A program made the position numbers and the translations under genes. This document shows positions 24,628 to 37,179 of a stretch of DNA of 64,000 nucleotides, in pieces (within the stretch, counting starts at the first letter, position 1; the number at the start of each line of letters is the position of its first letter). The DNA is from Mobula hypostoma (Eukaryota). The notes beneath the pieces were generated by a model. It searched no databases and was not told the DNA's origin. It saw only the letters and a list, made by a program, of their open reading frames with translations. Where the stretch lies: assembly GCF_963921235.1 (NCBI RefSeq), contig NC_086101.1, forward strand, positions 10,108,001 through 10,172,000, in the 5' to 3' direction.

Positions 24628-25498
24628 AGACTCACAATGCGCTGGAGGAACTCAGCAGGTCAGTCAGCATCAGTTGAAAAGGTTAGTCGATGTTTCGGGC
24701 CGAAACTCTTCGTCAGGACTGAAGGAAGAACTTTGGGGAGGGTTTGAAGAACGCTGGTAGTTGAAAGAAGCAGTAATTTGAAAGACAAAGGGGTGGGGGA
24801 GGGGAAGCAGGGAGGTGATTGGCAGGAGAACAATGCGCAGTAGTAGAAGGAGGCAGATCTATGAGGGAGGTGATGTGAAATAGGGATAGAGGAAGGGAGA
24901 GGGTGGGAATTACTGGAAGTTGGAGAATTCTATGTCCATTCCAAGGGGCTGGAGACTACCTAGATGGTATATGAGATGTTGCTCCTCCAACCTGAGTTTA
25001 GCCTCATCATGGCAGTAGAGGAGGTCATGTATGGACATATCTGAATGGGAATGGGAAGCAGAGTTGAAGTGGGTGGCTACTGGGAGATCCTGTCTGTTGT
25101 GGCGGACGGAGCGGAGGTGCTCGACGAAGCGCTCCCCCAATCTGCGTCGGGTTTCACCGATGTAGAGAAGGCCGCACCGGGAGCACCGGATGCAATAGAT
25201 GACCCCAAAAGATTCGCAAGTTAAGTGTTGCCTCACCTGGAAGGACTGCTTGGGGCCCTGAATGGTGGCAAGAGAGGAGGTGTAGGGACAGGTGTAGCGC
25301 TTACGCTTACAGGGATAAGTGCCGGGTGGGAGATCCGTGGGGATGGACGTGCGGATAAGTGAGTCGCGGAGGGATCGATCCCTACGGAAAGCGGAGAGGG
25401 GTGGAGAGGGAAAGATGTGCTTAGTGGTGGGGTCCTGTTGAAGGTGGCGGAAGTTGCGGAGGATAATGTGCTGGATCCGGAGGCTGGTGGGGTGGTGT
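24628..25498 (-). mobile_element. 5'-truncated Penelope-like element (Neptune-type): linker, GIY-YIG endonuclease and 3' end
   Basis: Open frame from about 25498 to 24910: HPTSLRIQHIILRNF...GTYPCKRKRYTCPY...VIYCIRCSRCGLLYIGETRRRLGERFVEH. Confidence 0.9.
24685..24720 (-). ncRNA. Hammerhead motif in the Penelope 3' end, partly decayed
   Basis: AGTC-CTGACGA-AGAGTTTCGGCCC-GAAAC-ATC/GACT. Confidence 0.65.
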
Positions 25499-26314
25499 TT
25501 ACGAAATGTTTCAAAGTTCAGTTCATGGCAGTACCGCTTTCAACCAGGAGATGGGGATAGCGAGCTGCACAAAGTTTCACGACGAGAATCCCCACCTGCT
25601 GCTGGAAACCGGTACTGCAGGAAGAGCCGGGAAAATGTCGCAACTCTGCTGGAACAGGAGCGGGAATTTGTTTAGGGAATGGAGGCAACGGCAACAGGAC
25701 CAACATTTACTGCCCGTCGACTGCCCTTGAGAAGGTCGAAATGAGCGACTTCAACTGCTGCAGTCAGTGCTGTGACATCTATTTAAATCAAATCTTCGAC
25801 TCGATGGGCCGAATGGGCTGCTTCTGCTCCTATATCTTATGGTCAATTCCTTAATAATAGTGCTTACTGACATAAATATTCTATTAACGGAAGGAGTCAT
25901 TACATAACTAGTTAAGACTACTCGTGCAATTTACTATCCCAACTTCAACATCAATCAGCGTGACAATCTTCACCGACCAATTAAGTTTGCTCTCCTGTTG
26001 TTTTCCCTCGGAATCCTGGATGGAACTCTCGTCCTAGCCGCTGCTCCCAGGCCGGTGAAGGCATCAGGCATCGGAATCGGCCCGTTCGCCATGCTCAAGA
26101 TTCCATACGTCATTGGAATGCGGGAATAGTTTTGAGAGGATGACAGTGCTGAATGAAGAGCATCCTGATGAATGCATCTTCACTGTCCAGATGTTATATG
26201 GCTGTGAAGAGCCAATGAAATGGCATCTGTTATTGTGACAGTGGGCAAACTGGACAGCAGTCACTCCTCAGGGAGGAGTTGATATGGTTCATGACCAATC
26301 TCACAAACACATAA

Positions 26315-26804
26315 TCACAGTGGATATTTCATCCCAGTCCAGAAGAAAGGATAACGTTTCCCTGTGAATTTATTCCCAGTGAAGGTGTGGAGATGGGACT
26401 TGGTCTCCGCGTTGTAAAATGAAACTGTCCCACACCCGTAACTGAGATAAACTCCCACCCGTCCCGGGAACGGGACGCCAGGAAGACAGGATTCAGGAAG
26501 GCGAGAACGCTGATCAACCTGTTGGATAACAGAGAAACGGGTCTCCGGACTCAGCCCAACCTTCCCTTCCTCTGCACAGACTCTACGGCAACTCCCAGAC
26601 ACCAGTACCGATTCCCCACCACGTCCAGCTCCCAGTAATGTCTCCCCGATGTGAACCCCTCCGATCCCAGCACACAAAACCAGTATTTGAACCTCTTTCC
26701 GGTGTCAGGGAGATCCCTCCGGATCTCAGTCTATCTCACACTCTTCCGATCCTCAGACACCTCGGGCTCTGGATTCATTGTTTCCACATCCAGGCTGACA
26801 GAGA
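26315..26804 (-). pseudogene. Orphan TRIM PRY-SPRY (B30.2) terminal exon, inactivated
   Basis: SVSLDVET...EVSEDRKSVR*...[17 protein letters not shown]...GRVGVYLSY.CGTVSFYNAETKSHLHTF; acceptor AG>GG at 26805-26806, TAG at 26731-26733, frameshift near 26560. Confidence 0.9.
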
Positions 26805-27016
26805 CCGCGGTGGGGAGGGGGGTGGGGTGGAGGGGGAGAAGCAGAGAATTAGTGAGTCCTCGGGGATCGGGGGGAAACTGGTGCTGCAATCTTCAGTCTC
26901 TGCCTATACTCAGGGAGAAGAACAGCAAGGTGATCAGTCTTCCCGAAGTGAGGGCATGGAATAACACGGAGGCCTTCTTGATGATGGCGTAACAATGATC
27001 CAGTGTGGTGTTTCCT

Positions 27017-27790
27017 CTAGGGATCTTGATGGTAATTGTTTAGTGATTTTTTCAGACATGCCAGGTTAAAATTGCCCAAAACTATAGTGAAGGCGTTAGG
27101 GTGCACTGTTTCGCGCATGTTGATTCCATTGCTCAGATCATCTAAAGCCTGATTGGCATTGGCCTGAGGTGGAATGTATACGTCACCAAAATGATCACTC
27201 ATTAGGGTTGATTAGGGATGATAATGATCACGGAAATCTCCTGTGGTAGGTAAAATGGACGGCATTTAACTGTGAGACATTCCAGTTCAGCTGCGCAGAA
27301 TTGGGACAGCACTGATATACTTGTGCACCAAGAAGAGTTGATCATGAGGCATACTCCTCCACCTCTGCTTTTGAGAGACTCTATAGATCTATCCTGATGA
27401 TGTATAGTAAATCCGTCGATCTGAATCGCCCAATCCTGTACAGAAGGGGTTAACCAGGATTCCGCGAAACAAGGACACACGCCATCCTAATGTCCCTCTG
27501 ATTCAGCCCTCCAACTCTGAGATCATCGATTTTATTCACCAGAGACTGCACGTTTGTCAGCAAGATAGTCAGTATTGGGAGTTTAAAACCCCGTTTCCTT
27601 CAACGCACCTGTATCCCTGACCTGCAGACACGCTTCCTGCGTGGAATCCGGCTAGGAGTCCGTCCACAGTCGACTTTGTTTTCTTCTGTTTTATGCAGCG
27701 ATTGTTCACTTAATTGCATTAAACATCTTTGTTAACTGTACTGGCCTTGGAAGCAGTTGTGTTTTTTTTTAGCTGTATCGGGCTGAATCG
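27017..27790 (-). mobile_element. Rex1/Babar 5' and endonuclease fragment
   Basis: CFAESWLTPS...RGGGVCLMINSSWC...KCRPFYLP; VYIPPQANA. Confidence 0.85.
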
Positions 27791-28024
27791 AGAATATTTA
27801 ATCCTATCCATTGAGAGTTCTGCTGTCACACGAGTCGCCACTCGAGGCTCCCCACAGCTAGTAATGATACACATATCTCTGATGGTTTCTTCCTGAGCTT
27901 CCCACAATGTCCTGGGATACACTTGATCAGGACCTGGGGATTTATCTACCTTTCTCCATTTTAGGACCTGCAGCACATTTGCTTCTGTCATGTGGTTGAA
28001 AATAAGGTCAATTGTCTCCTGTAA

Positions 28025-28186
28025 GACGTGGCGCGTGGCCAAGCGTTGGACTAGTGATCCGGAGGTCGTGAGTTCGAGCCTCAGCCTGTGTCCTTGAGCA
28101 AGGCTCTTAACCACACAGTGCTCCTGCACGTTTATAGCCCAGCGGCGGCGGCTGGTGCAGTGTGGACAAGACCAGACAAGTAACAC
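28025..28186 (+). mobile_element. tRNA-derived CORE-type SINE
   Basis: A-box-like start, B box GAGTTCGAGCC, CORE-like TGTGTCCTTGAGCAAGGCTCTTAACC. Confidence 0.65.
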
Positions 28187-28509
28187 AGGAGAATTGAGGG
28201 CCCCGTGGAACTGCCACAGAAGAGGAGTTGAGGGCTGGGACAGAGAAATTATGACAGGGAAGGTTTAGAAGTACAGGCCAAATACAGGTAAATGGGCCGA
28301 GGGGTGATCTGACAGAAATATATAAGGTCATGACGGGTGTAGAATGAACATATGGTGAAACCCCTCTTACACTGAACGGGAAGCTGCAGGAAGATGTTTT
28401 AAAGACTGGAGATCTTGGGTTAAAAGGAAACAGGTCTGTGGAAGGTGTAACAACTGGATCCAGATGAGGATGGGAATGAGTGAATATTGGAAGCATTTAA
28501 AGAGGAAGA

Positions 28510-29030
28510 TCTTCACCTATTCCCATTTGCCCATTATTCCTTTAAACCTTTCCTACCTATCCAGATGTCTTTTAAATCATTGTAACTGCACCCGCATCTA
28601 CAACTTCATCTGGCAGCCTCCAAAGCTGCAGGTAAAAAGTCCCAGCTGGTCCAACCTCTCCTTTTAACACAAGGCCTCCAGTCCTGGTAACATCCTTGTA
28701 AATCTGTTTTATATCCTCTCAGTTTGATGACATTCTTCCCAAAGAAATGTAACAAGAACTGCACACAGTGCCCCAAACGGGGCCTTACCAACATCTTGTA
28801 CACACATAACCTTGACATCCCACCTCTTACTCAGTATTCTGACCAATGGAGGCAATCACCTCCTGGTCCCTCTGTTCTACAACACCCTCAAGGGCCCCAC
28901 CATTTGCTGTGTAAATCCTGTCCTGTGTTGCCTTCTCAAAATGCAACAACCTTATTTCCCTGGGTTAAAATCCATTTGCTATTCAATGGTCCACTGGCCA
29001 AGTTGGTCAAGATCCTGTTGTAATCTTGGA
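28510..29030 (-). mobile_element. Decayed CR1 3' fragments
   Basis: YKMLVRPRLGHCVQF. Confidence 0.7.
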
Positions 29031-29039
29031 TAAACCATG

Positions 29040-29280
29040 GGCACCATGGTAACATAGTGGACAGCACAACACGATTACAACTCAGGGAATTCCCGAGATC
29101 AGAGTTTGATTCCAGCGTCTGTCTGTAAGGAGGTTGTGTGTTCTTACCCGTGACTGTGTGATTTCATTCTGGGTGCTCTGGATTCCTCCCGCGGGTACAA
29201 AGTCATGTGGGTTTGATGGTTAATAGTGCATTGTAAATTGTTCTGTGATGAATGGGTTAACTGGCTGGGCTGCTGTTTGC
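29040..29280 (+). mobile_element. V-SINE/HE1-like SINE
   Basis: tRNA-like head, then GGGTGCTCTGGATTCCTCCC and TTGTAAATTG motifs. Confidence 0.6.
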
Positions 29281-30009
29281 TGCTGCTTACTGTGTTGGAA
29301 TGAGACATTTCTCACCATTGGATCAGAGGTGGGGAGGATTAGCAACTTTAAATTCCTAGGTATTACTTTTTCAGCGGACTTCTCCTGGGCCCAGTAATAA
29401 ATAAAGGCATCCGTTAGTCTTGCGAGACCATGAATCTGCACCTAGAACGTCTTCACTCTTCACTTGTCCTGGGTCCAGCATGTTAAGTGTGATTACGAAG
29501 AAAGCACAGCAGTGCCTCTAATTCCTCAGGAGTTTGTGCTGTTTCTGCATGATATTTAAAACTTTGACAAATTTCTATAGATGTGAAATGTAGGGTATAT
29601 TGGCTGGCTGCATCACAGCCTGGTACGGAAAATCCTACAAAACGTTGTGGATACAGCCCAGTCCATCACGAGTAAAGCCCTCCCGACCATTGAGTATATT
29701 AACATGAAACACTGTCATAGGAAAGCTGCATCCATCATTAATTTCGGCATAATCACTCAGAGTTGAACTGCACATGCATGTAACGAAAGCTGTATAACTC
29801 ATCTCCTTCTACCTTAGGCCACAAACTTATCAATCACCTCGGCTGTGGACCACTTCAGGAGGTCCAAGACGCCAACTTCTACAAAGAAGGGATCCGTATG
29901 CTCCAAGACCGCTGGTCTAAGTGTGTAAATGTTGGAAAAATAAATGTGCTAGGTTTTCTAAAATTGACTCCTTCTACCTTAGGCCATGAACTTATCAATC
30001 ACCCCTTGT

Positions 30010-32110
30010 AAAAGCCAAAGAGAGGTTATATAATAGAGCAAAAAATAGTGGGAAGTTAGAGCATTGGAAGCTTTTAAAAACAACAGATGGCATCTAAAAA
30101 GTCATTAAAAAGATAATGGAATATAAAATTAAGCTGGCTAATAGTATTAAAAAGGATAACAAAAGTTACTTCAGATATATAAATTATAAAGGAGAGGTGT
30201 GAGTGGATATCGGACCACTTGAAAATGATGGAGAGGTAGTAACGTGGGGCAACCAAACTGTGGATGAACTGAAGAAGCATTTTACGTCAGTCTTCACTGT
30301 GGAAGACACTGGCAGTGTGGTGGAAGTTTCAGGTATCAGGGGTCATTAAGTGTGTGAAGTTATCATAACTACAGAGAAGGGCCTTGAGAAACTGAAAGGT
30401 CTGAAGGTAGATAAGTTACCTGGAGCAGAATGTGTACACCTCATGGTTCTGAAATATGTGGCTGAAGAGATCACAGAGGCATTAGTAATGATCTTTCAAG
30501 AGTCACTGGATTTTGGAATGGTTCCAAAAGACTGGAAAATTTCAAACATCACTCCACTCTTCGAGAAGGGAGAGAGGCAGCAGAAAGGAAATTAGAGACC
30601 AGTTGGTCTGGCCTTAGTGGTTGGGAAAATGTTGGCGTCAGTTATTAAGGATGAGGTCTCAGGATACATGGAGGCACATGATAAATTAGGCCATAGTCAG
30701 CATGGTTTCCTCAAGGGAAAACCTTACCTGATAAATCTGTTGGAAGTCTTTGAAGAAATAACAAGCAGGATAGACAAAGAAGAATTAGTTGATGCTGTGA
30801 ACTTGGATTTTCAGAAGGCCTTTGACAAGATGCCATATATAAGGCTGCTTAAAAAGGAAAAGCCCATGAAAGATTCTAACATAGATAAAGCAGTGGCTGA
30901 TTGGCAGGAGGCAAAGGGTGGGAATAAAGGCAGCCTTTTCTGGTTGGCTGCCAGTGACTAATGCGTTCCACAGGGGTCTGTGTTGGGATAATATTTTTTA
31001 TATATATTATATGTCAATGCTTTGGATGATGGAATTGATGGTTTTGTTGCAAAGTTTGCAGATGATATAAAGACAGGTGGAGAGGCAGGTAGTTGGTAGA
31101 TGACTGTTTACAAGAAGGGGATGAACAGATTCTATTTTCTAAGAACCCTGAGACCCTTCAATGAGTGCAGCAGTATGTGGGAGACCTTTTATATGTATGT
31201 TGAAGTGAGTGCTGTCTTCTTTGCTGCTTTATGTTGGGGGAGCAGCATCAGTGCTGGTGATGCAAAAATACTAAATAAACTCATCAAAAAGGCTGGATCT
31301 GTCCTTGGCCAGTACCCAGACTCTTTTAAGTTAGTGGTAGAAAGGAGGTCACTCAACAAACTGTTAACCATTATGGATAATCTGGCACATCCTCTGCATG
31401 ATCCACTGAATAAGCAGCGGAGCTCCCTTTCAAGTAGGCTCATTCAGCTCCACTGTCAACAGGGATTGTTACAGAAAATCGTCCTACCAAATGCAATGAG
31501 CATATACAACGGTTCACCTCTGTGCAACTGGAGAACACACATCATAGTACAATAGTGTCTGATTTATTATTTGTACATTATTATTGCACATTGGTAAATT
31601 ATTATTTTGTTTATTATTAGTTAAGTCTGCTCACTGCTAAGTGTGTTTTTAAAAATTGCTGCTATAACAAAAGAATTTCCCACTCAAGGTCAATAAAGTA
31701 TTTATTACTATTACTATTAATACTATTAATAGTGTCAGGAAATGTATGGTCATGCACTTTGGTATAAGAAACGGGAAGGTTGACTATTTTCCAAATGGAG
31801 AGAAAATACAAAAAAATGGAGGTGCAAAGGGACTTGGGTGTCCTTCTGCAAGATTCCCTAAAGCTTAACTTGCAGGTTGACTCTGTGGTGAGAAGGCAAA
31901 TGCAATGTTAGAATTCATTTCAAAGGCTAGAATGTGAAAGCAAGGATGCAATGTTGAGACTTTATAATAGTGAGGCCTCACTTGGAGCATTGTGAACAGT
32001 TTTGGGTCACTCATTTTAGAAAACTGGAGAGTGTCAAGGAAGGCTCATGAAAATGATTCCAAGATTGAATGGCTTGTCACATGAAGTGCATCTCATGGCT
32101 CTGAGCCCTG
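30010..32110 (+). mobile_element. Decayed CR1 ORF2 interrupted by a Rex1-like 3' fragment (about 31095-31730)
   Basis: ORFs 30350-30961 (CR1 RT) and 31100-31555 (RFYFLRTLRPF...LCWGSSI). Confidence 0.8.
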
Positions 32111-32454
32111 TGTTCACCGGAATTTTTGACTGGTTGCTCTATCACGTCTTGAAAACAGTGAAGCTCGCAACCCCAGCAAGGGGCAGCGCTGAGTCACAGA
32201 GTCTGCTGTCACTGAGAGGTCAGACAGGGTGAGTGTGGCCGGAAGGACTGGTGTATTTTTCTGAAAATCCCTGTCACCATAATGATGCCAGCTTTTGTCT
32301 ACTTTCATGCCATTAATTGCAGAACTACTGTATTAGGATTCAAACTCATGCAATGGAACGTTTGTCCAGTGCCAATGGAATGGATGAAGTGGTTCACTTA
32401 ACAGACAGAAAAATTCACCAGGAACCCACATTTCTCTGTAGTATTTCACCTCAG

Positions 32455-33050
32455 AATCAGAATCAGGTTTATTATCACCGGCATGTGTCGTGATATTTGT
32501 TAACTTAGCAGCAGCAGTTCAATGCAATACATAATATAGAAGAGAGAAAAAAATAATAAATATCAATTACAGTATACATATACTTAATCAATTAAAATTG
32601 TGCAAAAACAGAAATAATATACATTTAAAAAGTGAGGTCGTGTTCAGGGGTTGAATGTCCATTTAGGAATCGGATGGCAGAGGGGAAGAAGCTGTCCCTG
32701 AATCACTGAGTGTGTGCCTTCAGGCTTCTGTACCTCCTACCTGATGGTAACAGTGAGAAAAGGACATGTCCAGGGTTCTGGACGTCCTTAATATGGACAC
32801 TGCCATTCCGAGACAAAACTTCTTGAAGATGTCCTGGGTACTTTGTAGGCTTGTACCCAAGATGGAGCCAATTAAATTTACAACCCTCTGCAGCTTCTTC
32901 TGGTCCTGTGCAGTAACACCCCGCCCCCCACCCCCCACATCAGACAGTGATGTATCCCGTCAGAATGTTCTCTAAGGTACATCTATAGAAGATTTTGAGT
33001 GTATTTGTTGACATACCAAATCTCTTCAAACTCCGAGTGAATTATAGTCA
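32455..33050 (-). mobile_element. Rex1 3' fragment (longer paralogue at about 52795-53820)
   Basis: QDQKKLQRVVNL; (TCAGAA)n tail. Confidence 0.75.
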
Positions 33051-33569
33051 CCCTGCTAAGATCTGAGATCCCGTCTTCAGATATCACTGCCTGACACTGT
33101 GTGGTGCGATTGGCACTTGCCACCTATCAGCCCAGGCCTGGATATTGTCCAGGTCTTGCTGCATTTGTATTGTGGGCTGCTTCATTATCTGAGGAGTGGT
33201 AGATGGTGCTGAACATTGTGTCGTCATCAGTGACCATCCCGACCTCTGACCTTACGATGGACAGAAGGTCGTTGATGAAGCAGCTGAGGGTGTTTGGGCC
33301 GAGGACTCTGTCCTGGGGAGTTCCTGCAGAGATGTCCTGTGGCTGAGATGATCAGCTCCAAACACCACAGCCATCTTCTTTGATTCCCACTGATTACCCC
33401 ATTATTCCTTCACTTGCTCTATTTATTTTATAATTCATAGTGATGTTATGTCTTTGGTGTCAAAGTGGTTGTTGTGATGAGTTTAGTGTGGTAGTGTAGT
33501 GGGTAGTGTCTGTTGCTCTCACTTTCAGGTTCCACCACTGGCGGGCAGTTTTGTGAGCAGGAGAGCTGG

Positions 33570-33684
33570 ATGTGTCAGTCTCTCCCTGCCAGTACGCAGC
33601 CTGTCCAACAGCAAGCCCCATGTTGTGCCTCCTCCCGGGTGACACACAGAAACTGAGCTCCTCTTGGACTCAGGCTGAACTACA
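33570..33684 (+). ncRNA. Candidate HDV-like ribozyme fold, degenerate
   Basis: P1 ATGTGTC/GACACAC, P2 TGTTGT/ACTACA, P3 GCC/GGT, L3 TCCTCCCG, P4 CTGAG../..CTCAG, J4/2 G-C-T-G-A, all in the correct order. Confidence 0.5.
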
Positions 33685-36600
33685 GAGGACAGGGCCCCTG
33701 CAAATGGAGCACATGGACATGCTCTGGTGCTCGTGAACCAGATCCCCAGCCATGGGTAAATAGCCTCGTGGACAGCCTCGGGAGAGACGGAGGCTATGGG
33801 ATTAAACCCAGACAGGACATCCCGAGCGGAACCTCTAATGTGGCTGGAAATCATTGAACATTCTTCCGGCAGCTCCTACAGCCAATCTGGTGCCAAATGT
33901 GTTTCTTCATAAGCTTTCCTTCGGTGAGGCTGAGGGGGTTCTTGACAACTGGACTCATAGGATCTCCATACCTTCCGCCCAGGCTTGTGATGATGATTAT
34001 CATCACCCATTGTCCATCGAGAGAGATGGATGCCAACAAAGTATGTCTTTGCACTGCACTGCTGCGTCGATGTGACACATTTCACATCATATATAACAGA
34101 GATAATAAACCCGATTCTGTTTCCACAGATTAGTCAGGCCCAGTGACCTGTCTGATCTGACCTCTCCCAATCATGTGTGTAAACCCTCCCAACACCCCGA
34201 TAATCTCTCCATCCATCTGTCAGATCACTCAACCCCCGCACAACTCTAAACACAACTGCAGAAGACAGGATCCTCAAGTCAGGCCAGGGCTCCTGCAGGG
34301 TGCAATATTTCATCGTCCCTCTGTAAACGAGACATTTGACCAGCTGGCCTCAGTGCTGATGTTCCTGTTTCCGGTGAGCTCACTGACATTGAGTCATTCA
34401 GCACGGAAACTGCTGCTGGAAGATCATCAACTCAGTAGGGGACGGTCTTTGGTCTGCCCGAAACCTGTTGGTCTCTCCCCACAGCAAGATGTCCATAAGG
34501 GAGAGCCACCAACTGGCATAGTCCAGGCGACAGAAGGACGTGCTGAGGGATGAACTAAATCTCAGTGTAGCCAAGGCAAAACCTCTGTGGGAAAGGACCT
34601 TAGTTGAGGGTCCTATTACTGTTAAGGTTACTGGGAGAAGGCAGGAGAATGAGGTTGAGAGGGATAATAAAGCAGCAGACTTGGTGGGCCAAATAATCTA
34701 ATTTTGTTCCAATATCTTATGGTCTTACAGCATCATGGGGCCAGTATTTGTTGCACATCCCAATGCCCCAAAGAAATGTTGACACCTTTTGTCGAAGTTG
34801 AGGGATAAGAGGGAGTTGGAGAGGTGTGGGAATGTCCCTGTCACCTGTTGAACCTGTGTTTTGAAAGGATATTGTCAAGGCAAGAAAGGAAGTGAGAATG
34901 AGAATCACAATCAGCTTTATTATCATTGTTAGGTTGCAAAATGTTTTAGTGACAGCAGTACAGTGCAAGATTTAAAAAAAAACTATGTTACAATAAGAGA
35001 GACGCTCTGCTGCCCGTGAAATTTGCATCCTATCTTTCACATCCCAGTATGATATGGTACGCAAGCTGTTGCCTGTGCAGTAGGCTCCCTCTTTCCACGC
35101 TGCTAGTGATGAATTCAAAGGAAAAGCAGAGACCGATACAGTTTGCGATAGGCGGCATTGCGAGAGCCGCCTGTCCCTGGATCTAACCCGTGATCTAGCC
35201 TCAGACAAAACTCCACAAAGGATGTACCCTTTTAATACCATTTAAAATTCCTTCACATCATAACATAATTATCAGCGTAGTATTTTTCCATGCCTTGGTG
35301 GGACCTGATGCACCCTCTTATCTCTTACAACCTTCAGCCCAGACACATAATTTTGGAAGAAGATGACAACAGGTATATAAAGAGGAAAACTTTCTTTGTC
35401 AGTATTTCATCTTGATGATGTGCATTCAATATTGAGGCAAGACACTGGTAAATATGAGGGAAAACAGACCATTATCACATTCCAACCTGACACCATTTTG
35501 TCTTCAAACTTCCATTTTATTTAGGCATTACCAAGGAGGAATCACAACTAACTCTTTCCTTACACAGGGAAATGTGCCTTCTCCCGGTATTCAGCATGAC
35601 TTGATTCCACTCCAGAAATTAGGTGACTGATGAGGCGAATGTGGGATCTGCAGTGTAGGATTAGTACATGTGGCTGATTCTGGTTGTGAGACTCGGTGGC
35701 CAAAGGGCCTGTATGTTAGCTTTATTCGTAATAAAAGTATACACAAAAGACTAAACCTGATGTGAAAACTGTTTTACATTCTGTCAAAACATTCAGTCAT
35801 AATTACACAGTTGTATAAGATGATGAGAGGCATTGATCGTGTGGATAGTCAGAGGCTTTTTCCCCAGGGCTGAAATAGCTAGCATGAGAGGGCACAGTTT
35901 TAAGTTGCTTGGAAGTAGATACAGAGGAGATGGTGGGTAAGTTTTTTTACGCAGAGCATGGTGAGTGCATGGAATGGGCTGCCAGTGACGGTGGTGGAGG
36001 CGGAAACGATAGTCTCTTTGAAGAAACTCCTGGATAGGTACATGGAGCTCAGAAAAATAGAGGGCCATGGGTAACCCTAGGTAATTTCTAAGGTAGGGAC
36101 ATGTTTGGCACAGCGTTGTGGGCCGAAGGGCCTGTATTGTGCTGTAGGTTTTCTATGTTTCTAACCCATTGCACCACTGTCACTCAGGTTGCCTGAGAGG
36201 TGATGCAACTTTTCAATGCTTGTGGAGCTTCACCACGTGACTTAGCCCCTCCATGTTCGGTAGCAGACTATTCAAGAACCTACCAACCTCTGCTTTAAAT
36301 ATACTCAGTGACTTGCCTTCCACAGCCATCTACGGCAATGAATATCTCAGATTCACTACCCTCTGGCTAAACAAATTCCTTCTCATCTATGTTTTAAATT
36401 GATGCCCCTCTATCCTGAGGCTGTGCCCTTTTGGGCCTAGACTCACTGTAAGAAATACCGCCAGTCTGGTTCATTGGCAAGACCAACACGAGTGTGGGCC
36501 AGACCCACATGTCGCGGTACTGGCTGTGACAACCACCCAGGACGGGACGCCGGAGGCAGTGTAGGAAACAGCAGGGGCGCGTTGGGTGGGGAGATGACCC

Positions 36601-37179
36601 CTCCCATTGGCTCTGCTCTCCGCTCGGTGCAAGACCAGCTGATCTGCATTCGTCTGATGAACCGGTGTGGGATGACGAACTGCTGAGTACTTGTTTTGGA
36701 GACACATGGCTCAAACAATCCCGTGCACCAACAATCTATAGGCCATGCTGCTCACAGACCTGGGGTGTATTATTTGTTGTGACTGTATGTTTTCCTGCTA
36801 GTGTATCGGCATGTGCATTGTGCTGAGTGTGACTGTATGTACTGTTCTACACCTTGGTCCCTGAGAATGCCATTTTGATCGGCTGTATTATTGTGGAAGG
36901 CTGAATGACAATGAAAGGCACTTGAAACTGCTCACTCTTTCCACTGCGGAACCCTCGGTGATGACCTGGTGTGTGATCCTCTTACTCCCGGATGGGGGGG
37001 GGGGTGATGATGTGACAAGCTGGGATTTGACGGGCAGAAGAGTCTGAGGAAGAAGGACTCTGATAGGAGAGGACAGTGGATCATGGAAGAAAGGGAAGGA
37101 AGTGGGAAACCAGTGAGACAAGCAGGTCAGTCACTGGGAGAAGGCCAGCAGAATACTGGAAATAAAAAAGAAAAACGGA

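Noticed and set aside
7636..26804. Joining the B30.2 exon to the RING gene as one transcript
   Set aside because: Wrong order for cis-splicing on the minus strand, and the acceptor is mutated
28025..28085. Possible tRNA gene
   Set aside because: No complete cloverleaf; continues into a CORE-like SINE body
29790..30006. Approximately 40-bp direct repeat pair resembling a CRISPR unit or mini-LTR
   Set aside because: Only two copies, in eukaryotic repeat context, with no spacer array or cas genes
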